The notes under the pieces were generated by a model. It searched no databases. It was given only the letters and a program-made list of their open reading frames with translations, and was not told the DNA's origin. A stretch of DNA of 61,070 nt, the filler included, from Catajapyx aquilonaris (lineage: Eukaryota), in the NCBI GenBank assembly GCA_000934665.2. It is 3 parts of 3 records of this genome, joined end to end, with 100 filler letters (N's around TTAATTAATTAA, not from the genome) between each part and the next. Parts side by side here need not be neighbours in the genome. Positions count along the whole stretch, not along the records: positions 1 to 20,299 come from JYFJ02006299.1; positions 20,400 to 40,685 come from JYFJ02006300.1; 1 more part is not named here. One strand, given 5' to 3'. Made by a program: the position numbers and the translations under genes. Shown piece after piece: positions 13,240 through 25,835 of this stretch. The number at the start of each line of letters is the position of its first letter. The stretch's first letter is position 1.

Positions 13240-14656
13240 GGGTGCTGGAGAGAGATAGTAAATTGCACTTTGTTGGACCATCAATTTCCACCTTGATGGG
13301 AGACAAGTACATCAGAGTGGACTTGGTGGAGGTGGTAGTCATAAATAGTTTTAATGGCTTGTCTTCATATGCCTATCATCTCTCAAGGCGTAAATCGACA
13401 AGTCAGATGTGAAGCTGCAAAATTATACTGCCTCTCCCTATTTGGTCACCCAGTACATGCTAGGTCTCATCTTTGATCATGATACCAAACTGGGGCATGA
13501 GAAACTGTAAAATAATATTTGAAGACCTCGGGGGAAGAAAGATCAAGGTCCAGTTTTTGTCAAAAGTGAGTTACATATCTCAGAAGATACTCTCCCTAGT
13601 GTCGAATATGTTTGGTCGTGGGTGTGGAGTAATGATCATAGGTCACTATGGAAGGCCCCGAAAGTGGGTACAATGGAACCTTATGGGCCCTCGAAATTTA
13701 AAATAGGATCATCTCAGTTTCACCTCAGGTGGACCTTGATTGATTTTCTCCCGAGGTCTTCATTTATAAATCTCCTGTTTTTCTAATGTCCCTTCCACTA
13801 TGGGTAGGAGAAACGTTCACACTAACATGTACATTGGATTTAGCTTCCATAATGGCTTCTCATAACAGAAATTTGCCTGTGCTCAAGCTGCTTTGAACAT
13901 GAGAACCACGAACCTATTTGATAAGCATTTAATTTGAGCTTGGTGAGAAGTCCATGTCAAGGAATAAATGTTGTTAGAAACCTGAAAATGTTTCAATGTA
14001 ATAACAAGCTCATTGCCTTTATATTTAACGAAACAGTATTCATTATACTTGTGCCAACTGCATCCCACCAATTACATCCAAATGAAAGAAAAAGATGCTG
14101 CTAATTAAGAGTAGCCTGCTTGAAGTATCTTACATTAAAGCAAACTTCTATTGTCCCATAAAATGAAGATGTATGCCATCATGTTCAGGAGGAAATATAT
14201 TCCATATCTGTTCTCAACCAGAGGCCAGATGAGACTGGACATGGTGCACACCACCTCACTGCAACTCCGGATTTTTCATATGGGTTTCCCCGTCAGATCC
14301 CCGTGACCTTAGAGCCGCATATCAGTAGTTTGGTGGGTTGCCGCTTCGCTTTAGTTTCGGCGCTTGTCCCGTTCGTTCAGTTACTTCAACCAACAATCAG
14401 CATACAGCGAATCTGGTGGCAGAACACGTCGGACCAAGACTCCCAAACTGCCAATTCAAATCTAGTATGCATGGTCCATCCGTTCCTTTACACTGGGGCC
14501 CGTTCGCATCCACTTTCTCATGATCCGTTCTAATAATAGTAATAATTTTCGCCGCAGTGTGGTAGTGTCGCTCCTCGACTTAGTGGATCAGCGGCTGGGT
14601 GAGACTCTATAGATCCACACGATACGAGGGGAAGTTGCCAGACCTGAGTATATGTA

Positions 14657-14869
14657 CACCCGCGAGCATAAAGATGGAGACGGCAGGCCCTCACCTTCGG
14701 CAGGCTGCTCTGCCAATCTCAGCTATTACGGTATCAAATATACTGTCATAATACACGAACGCACGCCTGAAGCATCAGCTAACGCGGTCCAAAAAAAGTT
14801 CATTAATTTGAGTTGGATAAAAAAAGGTCAAGAAAGGGTCTGCTGTCTCCATCTTTATGCTCGCGGGGG
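14657..14869. mobile_element. ~213-bp MITE (TA TSD in a gTAc context); second copy at 43466-43676 in opposite orientation
   Basis: ~35-bp TIR CCCGCGAGCATAAAGATGGAGACGGCAGGCCCT; two highly similar copies in the window. Confidence 0.85.
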
Positions 14870-15228
14870 TACATATAGTACTCACTACTCAAATGTGGTG
14901 CATGCATTTAAACATTCACTAACAACAGAATAATCTGGTATATCTAATTATCATGTATTTATGTTTCATCTCAAGTGCAACAACTTCCAAATTGCAACAA
15001 GTTCTTCCATTTTCAGGCACCAAAAGAATTACAGAACCGAGTCAAAAGTATGTAAGATCTAAATATATCCCATTTGTCAACAAACGCTGTAGTAACGGTG
15101 GCATGTGCCAAATGCTTGTCATTACAAATCCAACAATAATACGTGTAACAATATTGGCATATATTCCTGGCACATACGTATAAGAACATTTCTGAATAAT
15201 AAAATTTGGTTCACTGAACAACACGTAA

Positions 15229-15403
15229 AGGCCCATTCACACAGGCCGTCGACGGTTTTGGTTTTGGTTTTGGTTTTGGACCAATCAGAGCGGGCCCTCA
15301 CGGTAACCATGACGCGTTGTTTACGTGAGGGCCCGTTCTGATTGGTCCGCGGCGTCGACGAGACCAAAAACCAAAACCGTCGACGGCCTGTGTGAATGGG
15401 CCT
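15229..15403. mobile_element. PIF/Harbinger-type MITE
   Basis: TAA|AGGCCCATTCACACAGGCCGTCGACGGTTTTGG ... perfect reverse complement |TAA. Confidence 0.85.
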
Positions 15404-16878
15404 TAAGGGTGTCGCAAGGCATGCAGACTCATGGTTGTCAATATACACCATTTTTCCACAATACATTCTCTGCAAACAATAATGCTCATTTCGCACTTAC
15501 TATTTCATTTTTGACGTGTGTGTGTGGATCAGAAGCATATTGCCATGAGCCTTCCAAATGCCTGTGGTATATTTTTCTTGGTATCAAGTTTTATACTGAA
15601 TAAAGCGCATGAGAAATGAGCTAATTGTGAAAACAAACATTACGAAATGATCATACGTAATCAGCAAGGTCAAGTTGGGCAACACAGCTGGAAATATGAG
15701 GAAAAGCAAAATCACAGGAGAAAAAGTCAATATAATAACAGCAAGGGGGGAAAAACAAGATATTTATGGAAAATAAAGGGAACAGTTACTGCAATTAAGG
15801 ATTGTTGATGCTCAGTATATGTATTAAGTTTATAAAACAATATAGCCTAGGTGACAACCTGAACTGACACACGGGTATTTTTAGAATTAGTATCAAGAAG
15901 CTTTATAATGCTTAAATGCAACCTCAGAAGAAAGCAATGAAAGTAACACTAGCACTTTAACATGCAAGTCTACATTTAAACTAAATTGACACACTTAGAA
16001 TTAATTTTGCTTAGCATGATATACATGTATGAACATTCATATTAGTATGATGTGCACAAAGGACATTTGCCTCCACGTAAACGAATTATAGTTGCAAAAA
16101 CAGGCATGGAATCACTGACCTACTTTTCAAATTTCATGCTAAATTATCTGGTATCTAATCCAAGTCACTCACCAAGTCACAAAATGATACAAAATCCTTA
16201 CAGCCTTGTTATGTAACTGGCATCACTTTTATCATGCACAGCCAATATTACTCACAAATTATCAAGATTATTAGGTACTTATCAGGTGTTTAAACGCATT
16301 CAGGTCTTGTTGAACACTCTTACTCACAGCTGCCCCTTGCCGATTAACCGTAGACGTAGACCTTAATGATTCCCGGAAGAGTTAAAGTACTTTTTAGAAT
16401 CCCGGCATTTCAAGCGTGGGCAAAGAGGAACTTTGCCTCTGCTACTGGCCCTAGGCCAACCCGAGATTTTGGGCAGCCAGAAAATGGGGTGGGTGAGCCG
16501 GTTGCAGGCTATTTTTGGATACACATGCCTCTTTTCCTCCCTAAAAAACACTGGACAAGGTTATTGGTCCCCTGCTGTTTAAAAAATTGCAAGAAATGGT
16601 TGTGAACTGATAAGAATCAAATTTTACAAGTTCACCAGGTTAGAAGACATTACTAGGTAAAGAATACAAGAGAGTAATTAGAATAAGTAAAAATTGATGA
16701 GAGAGAAATGCGGGTCAATTTTCCCCAGTTCTAAGTGTTTCCAATTTGCTTATAGGCCTGTATATAGGGGGTGAGCCAAAATACTTGTCTGATTTAAATG
16801 GTTATTTTGCCATGATGCTACTTATTTTAAAGCAGTAACTTTTGCATATTTCATTTTAATGGTTATCAAGAGTATTAG

Positions 16879-16882
16879 TATT

Positions 16883-16917
<35 letters not shown>

Positions 16918-16918
16918 T

Positions 16919-16991
<73 letters not shown>

Positions 16992-17315
16992 GGATTAGTG
17001 CACTATCTGGCATGGTACCTTTATTTGCTTTTTGGGTGTACAAGCTTTGTTGGTCCTTTTCCATAAAGCCCGGGTACCGCGAGCGAGGGAAGGGTGAATG
17101 GGAGGGGATGTGCAATGTGCAATGAAATGTCGTTGCTGTGGTCATTTTGTGAACTTCCCCTCAAGGAAGTATCAAGGAATCCCACCCGAGAAGAAGCTAG
17201 AGATGACCCCGAACTCTGCATGAGATGAAGGGGGGAATGCCCAGGCTTGGTCTCAAACCTGGGACCCTTACATCGGTGGGGGCATATGTTATCACAGCGC
17301 CACTCTGCCTCCCCT
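16879..17315 (-). mobile_element. Diverged tRNA-derived SINE, family A, with long (TAT/GAT)n tail
   Basis: Reverse complement of the 7642/43201 head and body; imperfect TSD GTTATCAA(G/C)AGTATTAG. Confidence 0.75.
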
Positions 17316-17394
17316 GTTATCAACAGTATTAGCTACTACTATTAGGTTGTGTGTACCCATTTGTTTTAAGGACTTCAAAGGGTTTTTTGGCCTT

Positions 17395-17404
17395 AATAAT
17401 AATC

Positions 17405-17455
<51 letters not shown>

Positions 17456-17720
17456 TGTCATAGTAGTAGCAGAAGATATACCACGACAGGCCCCTGGTAT
17501 CTCAGGAGGATTTTCTTTTAATTAACCTGACATTATTAAATACCCGTGCTGGTAATGGATTATGAGTGTGAGGGAGGGAATGGAGAACCTGCAAGAAAAC
17601 CCTTGCAAATATGGACAGAACCCATGGCAACCCTTCCCACATGAGGATATCCTCTTTCCAATATGGGGTAGAATTCAGGACCACATAAGTGGTATATGGC
17701 ATGGTCCAAACCATTGTGCC
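17395..17720 (-). mobile_element. Diverged SINE related to the 19714 family (B)
   Basis: Reverse complement resembles the GGGTTCTCTCCATG...GGGTTTTCT...CCATTTCCTCCCAC body; (TTA)n tail. Confidence 0.55.
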
Positions 17721-18438
17721 TTTAGTAATAATTAGTAGTAGTAATAAGTAGTAGAAATTGTTCCTAATAATATTTGGTAAGTAAAACTCGTTTTAAAATA
17801 TCTGTTCTCTTAGTTGTAAATATCTGGGCTATAATGTCACAATTTATTTTTTTTGCTTTTAGAATAACCACAGAAAATGCTGGGAAGCTACCATTTCTAT
17901 CATCAACTTACACTGTGCATCTTAATTGCACCCCACTGCAAACATTATTGCATCCACGTCCTGGTGTACACCTGTGACAGATGTTCCTACACATTAAATC
18001 ACCAAACTGTTGCCACAAGATCATGGCAGCTAGTTGCGACCCCATACCAGGATAAGATTGATCAGGCTAACAAATCTGGCCAACTAAACGTGATTGACTT
18101 ACTTGTTGATTAAAATTCAAGACACATTCAGTAAAACCACCATCATGTGCCACACATGACTTACGGTTTGCAAATGTGCTGACAAAAACCTGGCACTGCA
18201 CCGCAACAAAGCTGTCACTTGATAAGACCCACCTAACCATCATGGTCGAAATGTGTGTTTGTCGTGAAATGTCTGTAGTGAATGATAATTTTGCACTAAA
18301 CAGCTTTTTATTAAGTAGTTAATTTCCAACAGTTCTCTTTAGGTTTAGGGGATATCAAAAATATTTGTTGCTACTATTTTGAGAGAAGCATTCATTTAGA
18401 GTTTTAGACCTTGAATTTCAATGAATTTCCCAACTTAA

Positions 18439-18951
18439 GGGGGGGCATTAGCAAAAAAATACGGCAACAATCGGTAACAATGCGAGCCTTTGGCGACTAC
18501 GTAAACAAACTCGCGTATGCATGGGCAGCATATGGGGATTCAACATGTCTACGCTTCTGCGGCCGTACGGCCGCAAAAATGGAGCAATGGACACAAAAAT
18601 TACACCAAAAAATAGGACATTATCTGGCGCAGGGCACCTTCGTCGTCATTTTACCATTTCCGGCCTAGAAGTGACCTTTTCATCGAGTTGAAGTGAAAGG
18701 AAAATGGCGTTCCCGAGAAGCCCATTTGAATAACATGGCAGCAGGAACGCGACAAAGTCGGGAACGCTTCTGTGCCCGTATGTCCACAATTTTAATGTAA
18801 TCAGTATGTAATCAGAGTATGGTACCATAGTAAAGGCCAAACCTTTGCGCAGGGCACCTTCGTCGTGATTTTTCCGATTAACGGTGCGCTTCGCCACAAA
18901 AATAAAATTCCCTCAAAAATGCGCCTACCGTATTTTTACTAATGCGCCCCC
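18439..18951. mobile_element. TTAA-specific MITE (Kolobok-like); second copy at 52269-52763
   Basis: TTAA|GGGGG(G/C)GCATTAG ... CTAATGCGCCCCC|TTAA; two closely similar copies. Confidence 0.85.
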
Positions 18952-18975
18952 TTAAGATGACCTATTAACATCTGA

Positions 18976-19563
18976 CGAGGGAACTGTACAAGGAACTGTA
19001 AGTATTGCAAATGGAGTTGCTGAATGAAACTTGGCACAATAATATAGGCAGGTAAGTTATTAAACAAAATGCGAACCGTTTCTGAGATTGCCTACAAGGT
19101 CAAACGTTATGACCTCTCGAACTCGCAAGGGACACTTTCCAAGGTCTCACGGATTTTCTTGACATTCAGTACATTGGTAGCCCACCCCAAGGGATGAAAA
19201 ACACACCCAAAGTGACCTGCCCAAAATGACCCGGTGACCCCAACCAGTGTACTGAATTTCAAGAACATCGGTGAGTTTTCGGCATTTATGAGTTGACTTC
19301 TGCCCCCCAAAAAGGGGTCACATTTTGAGCTGGTCACTTTGGGTGCGTTTTTCATCTCTTGGAGTGGGCTACTAATGTACCGAATTTCAAGAAAATCCAT
19401 GAGACCTTGGAAAGTGTCCCTTCCGAGTTCGAGAGGTCATAACTTTTGACCTTGTAGGCATTCGCCGAAACGGTTCACATTTTGTTTAATAGCTTACCTG
19501 CCTATATTATTGTGCCAAGTTTCATTGAGCTACTCCATTTTTACAACACTTACAGTTCCCTCG
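18976..19563. mobile_element. Fold-back MITE with ~230-bp inverted arms
   Basis: CGAGGGAACTGTA ... TACAGTTCCCTCG; long complementary arms. Confidence 0.75.
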
Positions 19564-19713
19564 TGAGATCAATGGCTGAACCCATTTTTTTACAGAGCAG
19601 ACCCTCCTTCATTAGTTATCTAGTCTTTTAAAATGCACCCATTCAGCTTAGTATTGGCAGGTGATATTTATGATACTTTCTGAGAGCATACTTAAAATTA
19701 AATCTTTAACAAT

Positions 19714-19967
19714 AGGGCGACACGGTGGCCGAGTGGTTAGCGCCGCAGCCTTCCACCTCTAAGGTCCCGAGTTCGATCCCCGGGTCGGACAGAGGATATT
19801 TATGTGGATAGAGTTTCGATGGGTTCTCTCCATGTTCACGTGGGTTTTCTCGGGGTTCTCCCATTTCCTCCCACTATCAAAATCCATCACATTACAGGCA
19901 AATTATTAAAGTCGGATATTCAAAAGATGATCCCCTAAGAGGCCCAAGGGGCCTATCACGGGGTATC

Positions 19968-20020
<53 letters not shown>

Positions 20021-20060
20021 TATTATTATTATTATTTTATTATTATTATTATTATTATTA
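19714..20060 (+). mobile_element. tRNA-derived SINE, family B, with V/Meta-like central domain
   Basis: A-box GTGGCCGAGTGG, B-box GAGTTCGATCCC, body GTGGGTTTTCTCGGGGTTCTCCCATTTCCTCCCAC, (TTA)n tail, 15-bp TSD TAAATCTTTAACAAT. Confidence 0.85.
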
Positions 20061-20299
20061 TAAATCTTTAACAATTAGCAGCCAAGTGCAAAAAATTACG
20101 TACCAGTTCAGACACTCCAATTAGAAGACTGTCTATATCAGCATTATTGTGACACAAAATTACCAGATTCACCCTACCAAATGGAAAGCCAATCATAATA
20201 TTATTACACTATGTAACACACTTTTTGTGTTTGGCAAGTGAGTGTTATGTCCTGCTTTCTTATGCCTAAAAACTTGAGATAATGGCCATTATACCTGCC

Positions 20300-20399
20300 N
20301 NNNNNNNNNNNNNNNNNNNNNNNNNNNNNNNNNNNNNNNNNNNTTAATTAATTAANNNNNNNNNNNNNNNNNNNNNNNNNNNNNNNNNNNNNNNNNNNN
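20300..20399. other. Artificial contig spacer (N44-TTAATTAATTAA-N44)
   Basis: 100 nt with a six-frame stop cassette at 20344-20355; identical design at 40686-40785. Confidence 0.95.
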
Positions 20400-21328
20400 T
20401 TCAGCGTCTTCAGTGATGAGTGATTGCTTGAGTTTTGCCACAATTGACTGGGAGGAAACTCAATGAGCATGGAAATATTCGACATAACTCGAAATACGAC
20501 ACTGAAGAAAAATTAAGGGGCCATGTACCAAATATGGCGTCCTCCACAGAGTAGACCAAACCCTTCTGAATGCCACGAAGAGAGAGCTTCCCCGCCCGTC
20601 CGCCAACCGGCGTGTGTCGCTGCCTCTGGAAGGGGAAAGGGAGAGAGTGCGACGGAACAAGTTGGAACACGCAGGGAGGATGTTTCTCTCCGCCCTTCCC
20701 GCCCCTGGGCCGCCCCCACACCGGCACCCACCCACGGACACACCACCAGGGTCCGGAGCAGCCAGCCAGGGAGCGAGGCCCCGGACAGGTAAATAGCCGA
20801 ATCTGAGCCCGGTTTTTGCACCCCCCTTCCCTTCCCTTCCCACCCACAACCCAACAGGACAGTCACTATTCGCCCCGAATTGTCGCATTGGGCCTTATTG
20901 CAACAGGAAGGACCTGCCCCTTGCAGACCCAGGGGTCCATGCAAACACCTTGTGGTACTGATGGGTTGGGTAGCCAGAGTTGCAAGCTGGGGGCTGTTCT
21001 TGCGGACACGCATTGCCAGACGAGGCCAGGCACGCAACTGTGACTGCGTCTAGATGCGAACAGGCTGGAGGCGTGAACTCGGTTGAGTGGGTTTTAGGTT
21101 GGGTACAACCTGAGCGCTGCGACTGTGCATGTTGGGCTAAATTGAAGGTACAGGATGCATGCACAACTTTGGACAGTTGTTCGGTTTAGGCGGGACATTA
21201 AAATATGTTCCTTCCACTGTAGCATAACCTGGTTCGGGCCACGCCTTAATGAGGAGAGGTTCGGTAAAGCCTTGTTTGCACTGCTGATGTTGTGCCACGG
21301 AGCGCACAAGCCCCACACGGTTAAAACA

Positions 21329-21610
21329 GCCCGTGCTGGTGGACTCGTGGTTAGCGCGGTCGCCTCTGGTCCCAAAGTTGTGGGTTCAAACCCGGCCGAG
21401 GACGGTGACTTTTCTCCGGGTGGTAGAAAAGTGAGAGTGCGCCTTCCTTCAGAGGGGAAGTAAAGCCATCGGTCCCGTGTGACATTGCGCGAGTGCACGT
21501 TAAAGATCCCCAGAGTGGCCAAATTTCCAGGAGGAGGACCACCCCCTGGCATCAGTGTTGAGGCTAGCGGCAGAAATAGGCCGACGTTAAGCCCCCACTT
21601 AAAGTTTTAA
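21329..21610 (+). mobile_element. tRNA-derived SINE, family C, with Deu/Nin-like domain
   Basis: A-box GTGGACTCGTGG, B-box GGTTCAAACCC; body GAAGTAAAGCCATCGGTCCC...GCACGTTAAAGATCCC. Confidence 0.7.
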
Positions 21611-22208
21611 AATAGTTTGTTTATCATGGCGTTCCCTCCGCACAGACCGAGACGCTGGGGTCTTTGGGGGGGATTTCGGAAGGGGGGGGGGGGGNTTTGG
21701 GTTTGGAGGGGGGGGGGGGTTCAAGGTCACACAAGCTTAGGTGAATGTTGGAGATTTGAATGGGCGTGTATTTGATGAAATTGGTAGCACTTTTTCGAAG
21801 AAAAAAATCACGAATTAGTAATTTCTAATGCTATTTCAAACTGTCCTGTATATCGTCACCGTCTGGATCTGGACTGCAGTCCGCCAATTGAATAGCTCTG
21901 ATCTAGGGTGCTAGGGGCATATTTTGGGGAAATTGTCAATAAATTTTGTACCCATTCATGCCCATTTACCACCATCTCCTTTTTAATTCGCTTTATACTA
22001 TGAACAGGAAATAGGATTTTGTGCCTTGACTTCTGACTCAGCATTAACAGCTCGCAGGTTGAGAGGAATTGCGGCCGGTTTCTCATAATTCAACTTTCTA
22101 TACTGCTCCGCTGTATGGTTGTCCAATCAAAGCCAAACACACTATCACGTTTTGTATGTGTTGTGAAAATTGTAACTGAGGTGACTGCTGGAGTCATAAA
22201 GGGGAGAG

Positions 22209-22372
22209 ATAATAATAATTCATACCCCGTTATCAGCCTATCGGCTCTTTAGGGGGGAAGTTTTGTTTTTCCTGGAACTCTTTGCTTTCATTTTACTGCG
22301 ATTTTTGGGATAGGATAGGGACGGAAGGAAGCGGCTGTGGCCTATTAATTACGGAAACAACTCCGGAATTTA
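22209..22372 (-). mobile_element. 5'-truncated SINE, family D (3' half of the 53925-54210 element)
   Basis: Near-identical to 53932-54088; (TTA)n tail. Confidence 0.8.
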
Positions 22373-22394
22373 AAGGGGAGATATAACCGCTGAT

Positions 22395-24575
22395 GGGTCA
22401 TTCCATGTCAGTTCATCCAGCCATGTCACCCACCATCTCAGATTTTCTTGAAATTTTAACCGGGCAAACTGTGTACTGAGAACCTAATATCCTGAAAATT
22501 TTAAGCCTCCTAGCTCTTATAGTTCTTGAGCTGTGGCCAGGCAAATGAGTGTGAAAATGGCTACGGCAGAGTTGTGAAGGCACGACTTGTTTTTCAAAAT
22601 ATTTTATTGTGTGTTAACTAATATTGGTGTAGAAAGTTGAAAATATTTGTACTTATGCACAGAAACCTTCCGATTCCAAAAATGCTGTCAGATTTGTGCT
22701 GAGATCATATCTTCACACATTAATCAATAACATTTGTTGGCATGACCTTGAAACTTTCACAGCTCATTCCCAAAATGTGTATCCTCCAATTTTAATGAAA
22801 TTGCACCAAAAGAAAGGTCTTGAAGTCTACTTTCAGGGGGTGTAAAAATTTGTCCGTGCATTTGGGTTTTTCACCTTGATAATGGTACATTAACACAAAG
22901 TTTCAATCAACAAGACTGTTCTCTTGACACACTCCTTCAGATTGCTATATAATTACTCCAGTATCTGGACATGATAATTTGAGTTTCATTCATTGGCCTA
23001 AAGAGGACACAATTACATATTACGGTGTCTATTTGGCAACACCGCACTTATACAAGTGGCAACACAATTCCTAACTATAGCAGCATGGTGTGAAACTGGC
23101 AACATGCGGGCAGGTGAATCACTCACTCTAGATCCAAAGTTCATCATTGTGCACCTGCACATTCAAAATGGCCAGTTCACATTGTTCAGTTGGCCTATTA
23201 GTGAATGATCCCTGCCATAAAACCAGTTATACCAGTGTTGTTGGGGAAAAAAGTGTGTCAGAACTAAGCATGAGGAAAACCAGGAGATTCTTGCATTGCG
23301 AATTGGAGTACCAAAGAGCAATTTGGTCACCCTTTGCCTGCACCATGAAAAACTACACCAAGCAGCTTCAATGTCCTTGGACGACACCCGTGACAGTTGG
23401 TATTGCCTTCCAGTTGCAGTAGTAGGCATTCCTACCACACAGCACATATTGCACTGGAACCCAGCACTTATCATCAGGATTTGGCCAATAGTAGGATCTT
23501 GGCTGGGCCATGTGGATGCATAAATTTCACATATACATCACCATCAAAGTCATGTTTTCCCATTTCATCCACAACCCCAAGATACCAATGGTGATCGTAA
23601 ACACATGCAACAAAAGAGTTCACTTGCATGGTGCAGGCAAAGGGTGACCAAATTGCTCTTTGGTACTCCAATTCGCAATGCAAGAATCTCCTGGTTTTCT
23701 TCATGCTTAGTTCTGACACACTTTTTTCCCCAACAACACTGGTATAACTGGTTTTATGGCAGGGATCATTCACTATAGGCCAACTGAACAATGTGAACTG
23801 GCCATTTTGAATGTGCAGGTGCACAATGATGAACTTTGGATCTAGAGTGAGTGATTCACCTGCCCGCATGTTGCCAGTTTCACACCATGCTTCTATAGTT
23901 AGGAATTGTGTTGCCACTTGTATAAGTGCGGTGTTGCCAAACAGACACTGTAAAATGTAATTGTGTCCTCTTTAGGCCAATGAATGAAACTCAAATTATC
24001 ATGTCCAGATACTGGAGTAATTATATAGCAATCTGAAGGTGTGTGTCAAGAGAACAGTCTTGTTGATTGAAACTTTGTGTTAATGTACCATTATCAAGGT
24101 GAAAAACCCAAATGCACAGACAAATTTTTACACCTCCTGAAAGTAGACTTCAAGACCTTTCTTTAGGTGCAATTTCATTAAAATTGGAGGATACACATTT
24201 TGGGAATGAGCTGTGAAAGTTTCAAGGTCATGCCAACAAATGTTATTGATTAATGTGTGAAGATATGATCTCAGCACAAATCTGACAGCATTTTTGGAAT
24301 CGGAAGGTTTCTGTGCATAAGTAAAAATATTTTCAACTTTCTACACCAATTAGTTAACACACAATAAAATATTTTGAAAAACAAGTCGTGCCTTCACAAC
24401 TCTGCCGTAGCCATTTTCACCCTCATTTGCCTGGCCATTGCTCAAGAACTATAAGAGCTAGGAGGCTAAAATTTTCAGGATATTAGTTTCTCAGTACACA
24501 CTTTTCCCAGTTCAAATTTCAAGAAAATCTGAGATGGTGGGTGACACGGCTGGAAGAACTGACATGGAATGACCC
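22395..24575 (-). mobile_element. Internally deleted Sola2-like DNA transposon with ~950-bp inverted arms
   Basis: Arms 22395-23347 and 23627-24575 (GGGTCATTCCATGTCA termini). The arms contain an N-terminal remnant MASSHCSVG..CHKTSY..LCLHH. The 279-bp spacer holds a minus-strand C-terminal remnant FVACVYDHHWYLGVV..VKFMHPHGP..WP..DDKCWVP..TGRQY. No TSD seen. Confidence 0.7.
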
Positions 24576-24692
24576 AGTAGCAACATGGTATTAGATAATA
24601 GACTTCCCTGACACTAAAGTTGTTTCTACCCAATTATATTGTACTGCTGGCCTTTTAATAAACCTGTTCTCGTTACTTACGCAGAGCGTGCC

Positions 24693-24911
24693 GGAAGTGG
24701 CGGCCGCGGCCTGGCTGGCTCCACGATCTCCTCAGCACAAGATGGATAACCACAGTTCATAGCTGGGAAGTGGCGGCTGCGGCCTGGCTGGCTCCACGAT
24801 CTCCTCAGCACAAGATGGATAACCACAGTTCATAGCTGGGAAGTGGCGGCCGCGGCCTGGCTGGCTCCACGATCTCCTCATCACAAGATGGATAACCACA
24901 GTTCATAGCTG
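24693..24911. repeat. Tandem triplication of a 73-bp unit
   Basis: GGAAGTGGCGGCCGCGGCCTGG...CATAGCTG starts at 24693, 24766 and 24839. Confidence 0.95.
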
Positions 24912-25537
24912 TTGCACCAGCAACCTCGACGGGGAAGTGACCCTGCACCTTCAATTATTTGTCCTTGACAACTGCAATACGCTGAATTCGCTGAAGGGAA
25001 AAACAAACCGGTCAAAAAGAGAGTATTCATCACTTCATAAAACTCTCCACAAAAGCATGTGCAACTCACCTGATCAGCCATGATTTCACTGACAGTTTTG
25101 TCCGTCAAGAAGGTGACTGTTGTATTATTGGGTCATACAAAATCACACTAGCTTGTTTGGCTTCAATCTGGCCGGCCGGTAGAGTAGGAACTGTGTTAGG
25201 ACAGGGAGGACTAGCTCAGGTTGGTGAGGGCGGAAGTGCTGGAGGAACTAGTGTTATCAGGTTCAGTCGCCATGCGGTTGACAGCGGTGCCAGGACAATG
25301 ATAGGTATTGGTCTGGCGGGACAGATGAATTGGGTTCAGGGGAATCCCCAGCTTTAGGCCTTTTATTTTACATGCATACATGTTACAACAACTTTCTTTT
25401 TTTTTTCTTTTTTTTTTTTTTTTTTAAGATCACTTTGAACTGTATGACAATGTTCCAATTACTTAAGCAAGAAAATACTTTGAATGAAAAATTAAAGAAA
25501 AGAAACCTAATCTCCACCGTTAATAGTTCATGATAAA

Positions 25538-25835
25538 CTCAATTGACGTAGTCTGCCAGCTTCTTGGGTGGCCGCACAACTCTGCCAGCGCGTGTCATCC
25601 GCCACTCCTTCCGGACCGCTGCGTCTGCTGCCCCGTCTGGATCATGGTCTGCATCGTCTGGATGTTGCTCTCCTCTAGCTGGTGGTGACTGGTTAGGAGT
25701 GCTGCTGTCAGGGTTATGGGAATCTGGGACTAACTCGGTAGGGAGGCGTCGTGGTTTGACTGAAGTAGCGGCAGTGGGTGGTTATGGAGTGTTTGTGGTG
25801 AAGGAATCCGGAATGAGTTTTGATGCAGGACGTGA
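25538..25835 (-). mobile_element. Gypsy-like pol/integrase C-terminal fragment
   Basis: Minus-strand translation ends ...MTRAGRVVRPPKKLADYVN*, the typical TRSGR-V-PP-RL-DY tail. Confidence 0.7.

Noticed and set aside
16822..17145. Poly-Leu/Ile/Asn ORFs (also 8018-8320 and 42004-42729)
   Set aside because: Translations of (AAT)n, (CAT)n and (GTA)n microsatellites
20410..21189. Overlapping 140-170 aa ORFs as a gene
   Set aside because: Expected by chance in GC-rich DNA; no domain or splice structure recognised
23147..23917. ORFs 23147-23422 and 23474-23917 as genes
   Set aside because: Frameshifted, chimeric remnants of the inverted-repeat transposon
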